The notes under the pieces: generated by a model
Seen by the model: the letters and a program-made list of their open reading frames with translations, nothing else
The model's database searches: none
Told to the model about the DNA's origin: nothing
Made by a program: the position numbers and the translations under genes
In this document: positions 9,536-18,342 of the stretch, one piece after another
How positions within the stretch are numbered: the first letter of the stretch is position 1
Layout: every line of letters begins with the position of its first letter
Source: an uncultured Verrucomicrobiota bacterium
Lineage (GTDB): Bacteria; Verrucomicrobiota; Kiritimatiellia; SLOV01
Length of the DNA stretch: 32,348 nucleotides
Direction of reading: 5' to 3'
Assembly (NCBI GenBank): GCA_964611475.1
Contig: CAZTAB010000422.1
Location: 1-32,348 of the forward strand

Positions 9536-11519
9536 TGAGAAGACTCGGCGGGACCGATTCTTCATGTTGAAGAACACCATCGTATCGAACCTTCACAACA
9601 ACCCCGTAAAAGCCCAACCTGCGCCCGGTGTCATCAAACTCCCTCTTTCGCATTCCGTTGGGAACCTGATAGAGGCGGGTCATTGTGTGCACCTGATCCG
9701 GAGGCCATGGTTCCACGCCTGCATCGTATTTCGCAGAGGTGATTCGACTCGGAACAATTGTCCCTGAATCCTCGTCCCGGTCAAAAAATTGAACATCAAT
9801 GTCCAGCAACGATGCATCGACACGTCCAGCGCTTTTCCGTCCCTTGATCATGACCTGGATGGTACGGATTTCTTCGTGCTGGTCATCCTCGCGGTGCATG
9901 AGCCTTTGGCCCTTGATGCCGGTGACTTCGAACCGGCTTGGATTCATCCGAGGCTCACTCTTCACGGCAAACTCAAAGGGGAACCCCGGTATCTTCTTTT
10001 CCGACGTCACTGTGATGACCGGATTCTCCGCGGCTCCGCGGGATGCAACGTTTGCACCTCGTGTCCCAGACTCCGTCGACGTCCGCCTAGTACGCGGAAC
10101 CGGTTCGTTCACCGCCGATTTCCCCGGAGGCGGCTCCGGTTTTCCCCGGCGCACAATGACACGGGGGACGGCCATGGCGACATCAACCACTGACCGCGGC
10201 TCCGGCTCTGCCTTCATCACGGCAGCCGACGCTGCTGGCGATTCGAATTCGGCTTCTGGGCCGGTCTCTTCAGACGTCACAACCTCGACAACGGGCGGCG
10301 GCCCCGGTTCTTGCTCCAAGGTGACCTCGACCACTTCGGACGGGACTGGCGGTGACGCGGGAACGGCCTCCTCTCGCTTGACGATCCTGTCGACAAGCGG
10401 CTCGGGTTTCTCCGCAATTACGACATCAATTGCCGCGGGCGTCCCGGGTCCGGGCGGTGGAAGACCAGCGAATGAAACATCTGTAACATATTCAGCCACA
10501 GATTCTTCTGCAACTTCATCCACCCCTGTGAGCATGACATCAGGAACCGTATCCGTCTCAGGCGGCTCCGCAGCCGGTTTCACTCGTTCGACAACCTCGC
10601 GACGGGCATAGATCAACTCGCCGAGACGAATCCGCTGCTCCGAGATCGAACCAAGCAATTCGACATCAATGCTACGGTCCGAAATGATATCCCAGGTGGC
10701 CAATGCCGCTTCGAATTCGCCTTTTTGCTCCTGAATTTTGGCCAAGGCCACGTAGGCCATGACATTGCCAGGAAGCCGCTCCAATTCCTCGCGAACGACT
10801 CGCTCGGCTTCCCCAATTTCGCCGCGCTGCGCGGCTTCAAGCGCCCGGGCCAGTGGATCCGGCGCCAGCTGTTCTTCCTCAACCTGAACTTCCTCCCCAT
10901 TACCGGGAGTGTCCACGCCGAACACCTCCTCGCGTCCGGGGGAAGGCACCGGCTCGGAAACCCTTGCCGCCAACAACTCCCGATCGGACTCGGGAGCCTG
11001 ATGGTCGGCCACGGGTTCGCCGCTCAGGGCTTCGTCATCGGTCTCTGATGGCACTTCCGTGTCCAATGCCGGCAACTTCGGCATGCGCTCGATATCTGCC
11101 ACCCACAGCCCGGTGATCACGCCCAGTTGGATCAGTACGACCAGGGCTACCCCGGCCGTGGCCAGAAACTGGACTGGCGCGTTCCGGCGACGCCCGCAGA
11201 ATTCAGTTGTCCGCAACTCCTGGAACTGCAATCGCAGGGGCCCAATCTCCAGCACATCTCCATGCTTCAGGATCGCCTCGGTGATCATTTCCCCATTGCG
11301 CAGGACCGGGGGGGTGACATCCTCCGAGGCAACCGCTTTTACATGGTCATTGGTGGCCCGGAATACGAGGTGTTTCGACGCGACCACGTCGCCCTCAAGA
11401 TGAATGCGGCAGGACGGGTCCCTGCCGAGGTGCACAAGCTCCTCGCGCACGAAGAATCTCCGGTTCTTTTCGGGACCCTCGAGAACCACGATCTTGTATT
11501 TCTTTGTACCGTCGCTCAT
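9513..11519 (-). CDS. FHA-domain membrane protein with TPR-like segment and long acidic Pro/Glu/Val-rich linker
   Basis: N-terminal FHA-like region (HLGRDPSC...VASKH...RNG...LKHGDVLEIG), one TM helix, TPR-like AYVALAKIQEQKGEFEAA, low-complexity linker, globular C-terminus. Start 11519 or 11585. Confidence 0.7.
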   Translation of the reverse strand: MSDGTKKYKIVVLEGPEKNRRFFVREELVHLGRDPSCRIHLEGDVVASKHLVFRATNDHVKAVASEDVTPPVLRNGEMITEAILKHGDVLEIGPLRLQFQELRTTEFCGRRRNAPVQFLATAGVALVVLIQLGVITGLWVADIERMPKLPALDTEVPSETDDEALSGEPVADHQAPESDRELLAARVSEPVPSPGREEVFGVDTPGNGEEVQVEEEQLAPDPLARALEAAQRGEIGEAERVVREELERLPGNVMAYVALAKIQEQKGEFEAALATWDIISDRSIDVELLGSISEQRIRLGELIYARREVVERVKPAAEPPETDTVPDVMLTGVDEVAEESVAEYVTDVSFAGLPPPGPGTPAAIDVVIAEKPEPLVDRIVKREEAVPASPPVPSEVVEVTLEQEPGPPPVVEVVTSEETGPEAEFESPAASAAVMKAEPEPRSVVDVAMAVPRVIVRRGKPEPPPGKSAVNEPVPRTRRTSTESGTRGANVASRGAAENPVITVTSEKKIPGFPFEFAVKSEPRMNPSRFEVTGIKGQRLMHREDDQHEEIRTIQVMIKGRKSAGRVDASLLDIDVQFFDRDEDSGTIVPSRITSAKYDAGVEPWPPDQVHTMTRLYQVPNGMRKREFDDTGRRLGFYGVVVKVRYDGVLQHEESVPPSLLIKSRELL

Positions 11520-11626
11520 CTCGACTGGACCGGACGCCTGGATCACCGATTCGAAATAGACACAACGCGGAGATGGAAAGTTCATCGGGATCTTCCGCCA
11601 GCGAAGACATCACCGCAAGTCCCGAC

Positions 11627-11655
11627 TTGACCGGCAGGATGGCCTTCCTCAGGAT
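11627..11655 (+). promoter_or_regulatory. Possible sigma70 promoter for glyQS
   Basis: TTGACC-17 nt-CAGGAT upstream of glyQS. The -10 match is weak. Confidence 0.3.
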
Positions 11656-11663
11656 GCGCGGCA

Positions 11664-13100
11664 ATGAAGGAAGCTTCCTCCATGGACAGCCTGGTAGCGC
11701 TCTGTAAACGCCGGGGATTCATTTTTCCCGCATCGGAGATCTACGGTGGAATCAACGGTTTCTGGGACTTCGGCCCTCTCGGGGTCGAACTGAAGAACAA
11801 CCTCCGGGACGCGTGGTGGCGTGACATGGTCCGTAATCCACCCGCGGGGCCGGATGGACGGCAACTCCAGATCGTGGGGCTCGACTCCGCGATCATCCAG
11901 AATCCCCAGGTCTGGGAGGCATCCGGCCACGTGGCGGGATTCAACGATCCAATGGTCGATTGCCGCACCTGCAAGGCCCGGTTTCGGGCGGACCACGTGG
12001 GTGAAATGGAATGCCCACGGAAGCCGAGCAAACATCCCGGCGAACACGACGCATGCGAACTGACCGAACCGCGAAGTTTCAACCTGATGTTCAAGACCTT
12101 CGTGGGGGCAACTTCCGCTGAGGATAATCAGGCCTATCTCCGACCGGAGACGGCCCAAGGCATCTTTGTGAACTACAAGAACATTGTCGACACGATGCGG
12201 GTAAAGGTGCCGTTTGGCATCGCACAGGTGGGAAAGGCATTTCGCAATGAGGTCACTCCACGGAATTTTATTTTCCGGTCCCGGGAATTCGAGCAAATGG
12301 AAATGGAGTGGTTCTGCCACCCGGACGACGCGACAATGTGGTACGACTACTGGGTCGACGCCCGCCTTGCCTGGTGGGCCTCTCTCGGCATCGACCGGAT
12401 ACGGCTCCAGCGGCGTGATCACGAAGCCGATGAACTCGCGCACTACTCGACCGCTTGCGCCGACGTGGAATATGCCTATCCGTTTAACGCGCCAGGCGAA
12501 TTCGGCGAGCTGGAAGGCATTGCGCACCGGGGATGCTTCGATCTGACCCAGCACGAGTCGCATGGGAAAACCAGGCTGGAGTATTTCGATCAGGAACGGA
12601 ACGAGCGATACATCCCCCATGTGATCGAGCCGGCGTCCGGTCTCACGCGCGGCGTGCTCGTGCTGCTCAGCGAAGCATACCGGGAAGAATGGGTTCCCAC
12701 CGGCGACGGCGGCAGCGAAATTCTCCCGGCGGAGGAAGGGGAAAAGCCCCCCGAAGGGTACGAGGCCCGCACCGTTCTGCGCTTTGCCCCACGCATGGCT
12801 CCGACGAAGGTCGCTGTTTTTCCCCTGCTGAAGAACAAGCCGGAGTTGGTGAAGAAGTCCACGGACATCCACATGTCCCTTCGAGACCGGTGGCCGGCAT
12901 TCTACGACGAAGTGGGGGCCATCGGCCGGCGATACCGTCGCCAGGACGAGATCGGCACGCCGTTCTGTGTAACGATCGATTTCGAAACGATTGAAAACGA
13001 CACCGTAACGATCCGTGACCGCGACACGATGGGGCAGATCCGCGTCGCCGTTGGCGAATTGGAGAGCTTCTTTTCAGAAAAAATAGGGGGCGGCACCTAG
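11664..13100 (+). CDS. glyQS: Glycine--tRNA ligase, alpha2 homodimeric type
   Basis: LCKRRGFIF, YLRPETAQGIF, FRNEVTPRNFIFRSREFEQMEME, IGRRYRRQDEIGTP. Start may be ATG 11682. Confidence 0.97.
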   Translation: MKEASSMDSLVALCKRRGFIFPASEIYGGINGFWDFGPLGVELKNNLRDAWWRDMVRNPPAGPDGRQLQIVGLDSAIIQNPQVWEASGHVAGFNDPMVDCRTCKARFRADHVGEMECPRKPSKHPGEHDACELTEPRSFNLMFKTFVGATSAEDNQAYLRPETAQGIFVNYKNIVDTMRVKVPFGIAQVGKAFRNEVTPRNFIFRSREFEQMEMEWFCHPDDATMWYDYWVDARLAWWASLGIDRIRLQRRDHEADELAHYSTACADVEYAYPFNAPGEFGELEGIAHRGCFDLTQHESHGKTRLEYFDQERNERYIPHVIEPASGLTRGVLVLLSEAYREEWVPTGDGGSEILPAEEGEKPPEGYEARTVLRFAPRMAPTKVAVFPLLKNKPELVKKSTDIHMSLRDRWPAFYDEVGAIGRRYRRQDEIGTPFCVTIDFETIENDTVTIRDRDTMGQIRVAVGELESFFSEKIGGGT

Positions 13101-13265
13101 CAGCGGGTGCACCAGCCCCTTCCCCCGCCTCCGTTGAACGCTTCGCGCCAGGGTCGGCACCGGCTGCTGAACAAGCAATATAGCCCACGATCAGGGCTCC
13201 ATGCGCTCTCGCGGTCACCTCTTCTTCCTCCGCCCCCCCTGTGCCCCGCACCGCCTGCAGCAAAG

Positions 13266-13317
13266 CTTCCCATTCCCAAAAACCGGAATCCGGTGTAGGG
13301 TGAATGGGAAGGTTTTT
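13266..13317 (+). terminator. Intrinsic terminator-like hairpin downstream of glyQS
   Basis: CTTCCCATTC (13266-13275) pairs perfectly with GAATGGGAAG (13302-13311), with an inner ACCGG/CCGGT stem, followed by GTTTTT. Confidence 0.55.
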
Positions 13318-13324
13318 CTGATCC

Positions 13325-15004
13325 ATGCGCGATCTGTCCATCAATGAACTGGAAAAGGAGCGATTAGGGCTCCTCTACCGCGTCGGCCTTTTGGATACCG
13401 GCGATCCCGGGGTGGTCATGCAGCTCATGGGGGATTCGCTTCAAACTTGGGCGCAGGGTCTGGCGCCGGTCGCTCCCGCCGCCATCCTGGAACTCCTTCA
13501 GGGGGCCGACGGCACCAAGGCCGAATTGGTTCAATCAGATATCGATGTGCTTCGGGAAGTAACCGAGACCTGCGAGGATGTGAGCCTGGAGGGATCGTTC
13601 GGTCTGCACACGGCGGCGTTTCCGCTCACCGTTGGTGACCGGCTGGCCTATGTGGCATGGGTCCGGTCCTACCGTACGTCACCGTTCTCCGACGCAGAAT
13701 GCTCGCAGATGGCTTCGGCCACGGGAAAGTCGCTCGAGAAAGTCAAAGCCGCTGCAGACAAGGCCCCGGTTGTCACCGCCCTGGAGGAGGAACGACTGCT
13801 GGACCTGGCGAGGCACAAGCGGGACGCGATCGGATTCGCCATCGAAGAACATTTGAAGGCGCGCGAACTGGCCCAGCAGATGATCCAATCTGAGCGAACC
13901 CGGGCTCTCGGTTCCCTGTCCACCGGTATTGCGCACCGCTTTAATAATCTGCTGTCCATCATCCTCGGATATTCCTCATTCATATTGAATCGGGAAGAAA
14001 TTTCGAATCCCGCGGCCGACTCATTGCGAAAAATTTCGGGCGCGGCGCAGCAGGGGCGGCGGCTTACAGAGGAGATCCTCGCGTTTGCGGGCAGCGAGGC
14101 GGAGGAGGAGGCCACGTGCCAAGTCCACACGATGCTGAAGAGCATCCTGTCGCTTCTCCAGTCGCAGATTTCATCGCGCATCAATATCGAGACGGATTTG
14201 AACGCGGGAACTGATGCCGTGACTGCACAACCCAGCGCGATTCACCAGCTCGTGTTCAATCTCCTTACCAGCGCCATCGATGACATGCCCGGCGGCGGTA
14301 CGCTGCGGGTCGCATCGTCAAACCGGGGCGAAATGAAGGACGACGATGAAATAGCCTACCTCTGCCTCAGCATAACCGATAGCAGCGGCGGATTCCCTGG
14401 TGGAGCCGGGGAACCGGTCGAAGTGTCGCTACAGGAGCGGGAAAGCGATCAGAAAATTCACCAGGCCCATGGCATTGCAGGGAGTCTCGACGGAACAGTG
14501 ACGGTATCCGCCGATCCGAACACGGGCACCCGGGTCGAGGTTATCCTGCCGTTATCAACGGCCACGCCATCCGAGAACACTCCGCTGGAAAAGCCCAGGC
14601 AAATCGGTGCGTCCCACATCTGGGTGGTCGACGATGACCGCATTTTCCTGCAAATGTGCGATCAGGTCCTCTCCGCTGAAGGCCACACCGTGCAGCTGAT
14701 GGAGAGCGGAAAGGAAATCCATGAGCGCTGGGAATTGCCGCAAAAAAAACCGGATTTGATGATCATCGACTTCAGTATGCCGGAATACAATGGTCTCGAG
14801 ATCTGCCAGTGGTTAAAGGACCACGACTCGACCGTGCCGGTGATCCTGGTCAGCGGGTTTTCCAGCACCCTGCCCGACATCCACCGCGCGCTCCAGCTTC
14901 GCAAGACGTACTTCCTCCGGAATCCGTTCTCCTTCCGGGAGCTGACCGACACGGTCACCGTCGCGTTGGGCGAGACCCTCATCGGTGAGCAGGCCAAGGC
15001 CTGA
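13325..15004 (+). CDS. Hybrid histidine kinase-receiver protein with PocR-like N-terminal sensor and degenerate ATPase domain
   Basis: H-box QSERTRALGSLSTGIAHRFNNLL, HATPase remnant QLVFNLL...GTRVEVILP, receiver WVVDDD...DLMIIDFSMPEYNG. N-terminal GLHTAAFPL resembles PocR (weak). Confidence 0.8.
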   Translation: MRDLSINELEKERLGLLYRVGLLDTGDPGVVMQLMGDSLQTWAQGLAPVAPAAILELLQGADGTKAELVQSDIDVLREVTETCEDVSLEGSFGLHTAAFPLTVGDRLAYVAWVRSYRTSPFSDAECSQMASATGKSLEKVKAAADKAPVVTALEEERLLDLARHKRDAIGFAIEEHLKARELAQQMIQSERTRALGSLSTGIAHRFNNLLSIILGYSSFILNREEISNPAADSLRKISGAAQQGRRLTEEILAFAGSEAEEEATCQVHTMLKSILSLLQSQISSRINIETDLNAGTDAVTAQPSAIHQLVFNLLTSAIDDMPGGGTLRVASSNRGEMKDDDEIAYLCLSITDSSGGFPGGAGEPVEVSLQERESDQKIHQAHGIAGSLDGTVTVSADPNTGTRVEVILPLSTATPSENTPLEKPRQIGASHIWVVDDDRIFLQMCDQVLSAEGHTVQLMESGKEIHERWELPQKKPDLMIIDFSMPEYNGLEICQWLKDHDSTVPVILVSGFSSTLPDIHRALQLRKTYFLRNPFSFRELTDTVTVALGETLIGEQAKA

Positions 15005-15006
15005 GA

Positions 15007-15035
15007 TTGACTTCACCACCCGGATTCCGTAGGTT
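15007..15035 (+). promoter_or_regulatory. Sigma70-type promoter for tRNA-Val
   Basis: TTGACT (15007-15012), 17-nt spacer, TAGGTT (15030-15035), 21 nt upstream of the tRNA. Confidence 0.55.
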
Positions 15036-15056
15036 TCCTCTCAGAATTCACCCATT

Positions 15057-15133
<77 letters not shown>

Positions 15134-15138
15134 TCTCA

Positions 15139-15160
15139 ACCCGCCGTTGCGGGTCTGTTT
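15139..15160 (+). terminator. Probable terminator after tRNA-Val
   Basis: ACCCGC-CGTT-GCGGGT hairpin followed by CTGTTT. Confidence 0.4.
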
Positions 15161-15425
15161 ACGCTGCCGGGCCTTACGCCCTGCGGGATTCCCGAATTGC
15201 CGGGTGAGGTCTTGGCGGGGGGGTAATGCATCGAGGATGCTCCAATTTCTTTGGGCGTCGAAAACGTTGTCAGCGAACAATCACCAGGATCTCCCTCGCC
15301 AATCATGTCCATTAGGTCTCGTCTCAATCCGGCAGGATGATACGATCGAGCATCTGTTGACGCAGGAAGGGTAAACACTACTGGAAAGTATGCCCATGAT
15401 ACATATTTCCGGAGGGGGCGGGAGC

Positions 15426-15779
15426 GTGAGAACAGGAATCGCAGGCATAGTTATCGCCTCGATGTGGTTGGGGGTGTGCGGTACCGCCATGGCAGAGAAG
15501 CGGTACCCCGTGTTTCGGCTGGAGGCGACGCCGGATGTGAAAACCGACGCCTACGAGAAGGCGGTCTGGCAAAACATTCCGTGGGCGACCGGATTCTTTA
15601 AGCTCAGCACATCCCGAAAGGTCAAGGAAGGCATCCCCGCTCAGTTCCATGGATCGGTTCTCGAACAAGACATCCACGCGGCGAGGCGATGTGCCTATGG
15701 GCAGCCGAAATATCGGGGTTACGGGGAACTAACGGCCAGGATGCAAAGCCGGCTGTTCGATTCCCTGTCCAATGGGTGA
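15426..15779 (+). pseudogene. 5' fragment of a secreted protein, possibly CBM9-like sugar-binding
   Basis: GTG 15426 after a purine-rich SD. Signal peptide ending in AMA, then YPVFRLEATPDV...EKAVWQNIPWATGF, reminiscent of CBM9-like N-termini. Protein-like character is lost afterwards. Confidence 0.35.
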
Positions 15780-16072
15780 ATCCCCAGCTTGTGATGATCG
15801 CCACCGATTTCGGCATGTCCCGTTGACAGGAACATGGGCGAAAGGTGACGAATCTCACCTCCTGATTCTAGAAATTCCTCCCAGTCCTCGTAGATAGCAC
15901 CATTGATGTCATCAAGATTCCCATCGAAGCCCGGCCCAAGGACGATCTCCAGGAACCCCTCGAACGCGTTGCTGACTCTGTCATAGTGGAATTCGTTGAC
16001 TCAGGTCAGGTCGTTGTCGCCGCCGCATGGGGCTTCCGCTAGACAGGGAAGGAGCACCCCACAGGACTTCAT
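15719..16072 (-). pseudogene. Remnant of a lamin-tail-domain (LTD)-like protein with in-frame TGA
   Basis: Manual translation: MKSCGVLLPCLAEAPCGGDNDLT*VNEFHYDRVSNAFEGFLEIVLGPGFDGNLDDINGAIY. This resembles the LTD signature (W/F)INE(F/I)HYD...EFIEI. Confidence 0.45.
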
Positions 16073-16311
16073 CCGCTGCTGAACCTGGCACCGCAGCCGT
16101 AAAGAGCTCAAGGCCTACTTGTCAGTCTCTTGCGCTTCCTCGTGTCCATATCGCGGCATCCATCGCCTCGCCGACTTTGAAATCCCATGGCCACGGCGTC
16201 CGTCGAGCTCCGGGTTCTTGTTGTCGCTGATGACGACCCGACCTGGTCCAGACCACGCGGTACGGCTCAATCCTGCTCATGAAGCTAAGAAACCGATTCT
16301 CAACCCGCGGG

Positions 16312-17310
16312 TCAACACCGGAACACTTCGCACGCTTCGACCAGCCGGCTCAGTTTCGCCCGGGTAATGTCCAGCGGTACGTGCCCGAATCCGCATTCGC
16401 TGGTTAGGATGAGGCGTTCGGGAGGAAAGAATTCAAGGGCTGGCTTCACGCGCTCCCGGATTTCATCCACCGATTCCAGGTCGTCGCTGCGCTGATCTAT
16501 CACACCCAGGGCGAGGTCGCCCTGGAAATCCCACTTGGGCCAGAGGTCCATCAGGTCGTACCCCAGGGTACAATGCTCCAGAGAGACCTCGTCGATGTTC
16601 ACGCGGGAGAACGCCGGAGCCAGGTCCATGTACCGGGTGAAGTAGATGCGCTTCCGCCGGGGATTGCCCCCACAAACATGCAGGGCGACGCGGACGTGCT
16701 CCCCGAGTTCTTCAATCATTTCGTTCAGGATCTCCGCCGACCATTCGCTGTGGTCGGGGGATTCAGTCCACATCGGCTCATCGAATTGAATGAAGTCGCA
16801 GCCTGCATCAACGACTTCCTTCAGCTCCTCCATCAGCACCTTTGCATAGGCCCGGCAGACCGACGGTTCGTCGGGATAGAGATCCGGCCTCTCGTTCACC
16901 GTGAACCGGGTCAGCACATGGGGCCCGGTCACCGTCTGTTTCACCCTCACGTGATCCGGCGCGGCGTCGCGCGCCAGTTTCCAGTTGTGCGCCAGCTGGA
17001 ATTGCGGATTCCGAATCTCATCGACCAGGCGGGGACACTCGATACCGAAGCCCGCCGGGCCGAAGTCCTGGCGGACCATGTCATCAAAGGTCACACCCTC
17101 GACGCGCTTCTGGTAGAAGTAGTACATGTTCTCGCGGTACCCTTCGCCGTCGGTGATCACTTCGAGTCCCAGGTCCGCCTGGTCCTTCGCGGCCCATCGG
17201 ATGTAGTCGTCGATCTCCCCGCGGGTAAATTCGGGTCTTTTCATCGTGTCACTAACCTTTTCGGGCCGGGGATAGCTCCCCACAACGGTGTTTCGGAACG
17301 GTATGCTCAT
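16312..17310 (-). CDS. Cobalamin-independent methionine synthase II family (MetE C-terminal-domain-only) Zn enzyme
   Basis: VVGSYPRP, ITDGE, TGPHVL, IQFDEP, LHVCGGN (H-x-C), SLE, LGVID, SECGFG. Single barrel, 332 aa. Confidence 0.88.
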   Translation of the reverse strand: MSIPFRNTVVGSYPRPEKVSDTMKRPEFTRGEIDDYIRWAAKDQADLGLEVITDGEGYRENMYYFYQKRVEGVTFDDMVRQDFGPAGFGIECPRLVDEIRNPQFQLAHNWKLARDAAPDHVRVKQTVTGPHVLTRFTVNERPDLYPDEPSVCRAYAKVLMEELKEVVDAGCDFIQFDEPMWTESPDHSEWSAEILNEMIEELGEHVRVALHVCGGNPRRKRIYFTRYMDLAPAFSRVNIDEVSLEHCTLGYDLMDLWPKWDFQGDLALGVIDQRSDDLESVDEIRERVKPALEFFPPERLILTSECGFGHVPLDITRAKLSRLVEACEVFRC

Positions 17311-17325
17311 GTTCGGATCTCCAGG

Positions 17326-18342
17326 TTAGATCGGGGGCTGCCCCGCGCGAAAACGCGCTTCATTGATGTGCCGATGCAATGCCTCTTTCATGGGTCTCAG
17401 CGTAAAGTCGATTTCCTGTTCCAGCCGGGTGCCGTCGGTGTCGTCCACCAACGGTGTTCGCGGCACGGATTCGTTGAAATCATACGCGGCATCCGGGATC
17501 CAGTCCGCTACCATTCGCATGATTTCCTCTGCCGTGTGACTGAACCCCCCGCTATTATAGGACAGGTGCGAGAGCGCCTCCGGCTTCAGCGCAAGACGAA
17601 TGAACTGTTCCGCGCAATCATCGACGTAGATCCAGGATTCCCGGGATTGCCCGGCGAAGGGAAGACCGACGGGCTTCCCCACGGCCGGATTGGAAGCAAA
17701 GGCGCCGGCCCAAAGGACCGCGCCCCGTTCCCTCCCGTCACCGAAGACCACCGGCGGGCGGATACACGCCGCGTCGAGCCGGCCTGCCTTCACGTACTCC
17801 GCGGCGGTGCGTTCATTCAGGAGCTTCATCATGCCGTACAGGTAGTGGTGGTCGTGGGGAGCGCAGTACTCCTCTTCATGCACCGGGTGGTCTCCATAGG
17901 CGGATTGCGACGGCCCGTACACCGTCTCGCTGCTGGCGAAGACCATGCGCCGGATATCCGACTCTGCGGCCGCCTCCTGCAGGTAGATGGACCCCATGAT
18001 GTTCACCGCCGCCGCGCGCCTTTGGTCCGCCAGAATATCGGTGTTAAACAGATAGGCGAGATGGATGACGTGGGTGAGGTCGGGATGCGCCTCGAACACG
18101 CCGCGCACCGCGGTTTCATCGGACACGTCAAGCCTGAGGATCTCGGCATTCTCCAGTGCGTCCTGCAGGTCCTGTCCGCCCGACTCCCGGTCCCGGTACT
18201 GTGCAAGCTGCCGGACCCACGGCATGTTGGGCTGCAGGTCGGTCGCGACGACGGGAATTCCTCGCTCCAGCAGCCCCAGCAACACCCGCGCTCCGATAAA
18301 GCCGCTTCCACCTGTAACAAGGAACTTCACCGGATAAATCAC
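17326..18342 (-). CDS. NAD-dependent epimerase/dehydratase (extended SDR)
   Basis: VTGGSGFIG, VIHLA, FASS, YGMMK (YxxxK), IYVDD. GTGA overlap with the upstream stop. Confidence 0.9.
   Translation of the reverse strand: MIYPVKFLVTGGSGFIGARVLLGLLERGIPVVATDLQPNMPWVRQLAQYRDRESGGQDLQDALENAEILRLDVSDETAVRGVFEAHPDLTHVIHLAYLFNTDILADQRRAAAVNIMGSIYLQEAAAESDIRRMVFASSETVYGPSQSAYGDHPVHEEEYCAPHDHHYLYGMMKLLNERTAAEYVKAGRLDAACIRPPVVFGDGRERGAVLWAGAFASNPAVGKPVGLPFAGQSRESWIYVDDCAEQFIRLALKPEALSHLSYNSGGFSHTAEEIMRMVADWIPDAAYDFNESVPRTPLVDDTDGTRLEQEIDFTLRPMKEALHRHINEARFRAGQPPI

Noticed and set aside
8729-9580. 284-aa N-terminal extension of the lpxK ORF
   Set aside because: Mostly antisense to trmB. A GTG with a strong SD at 8728 gives a normal LpxK.
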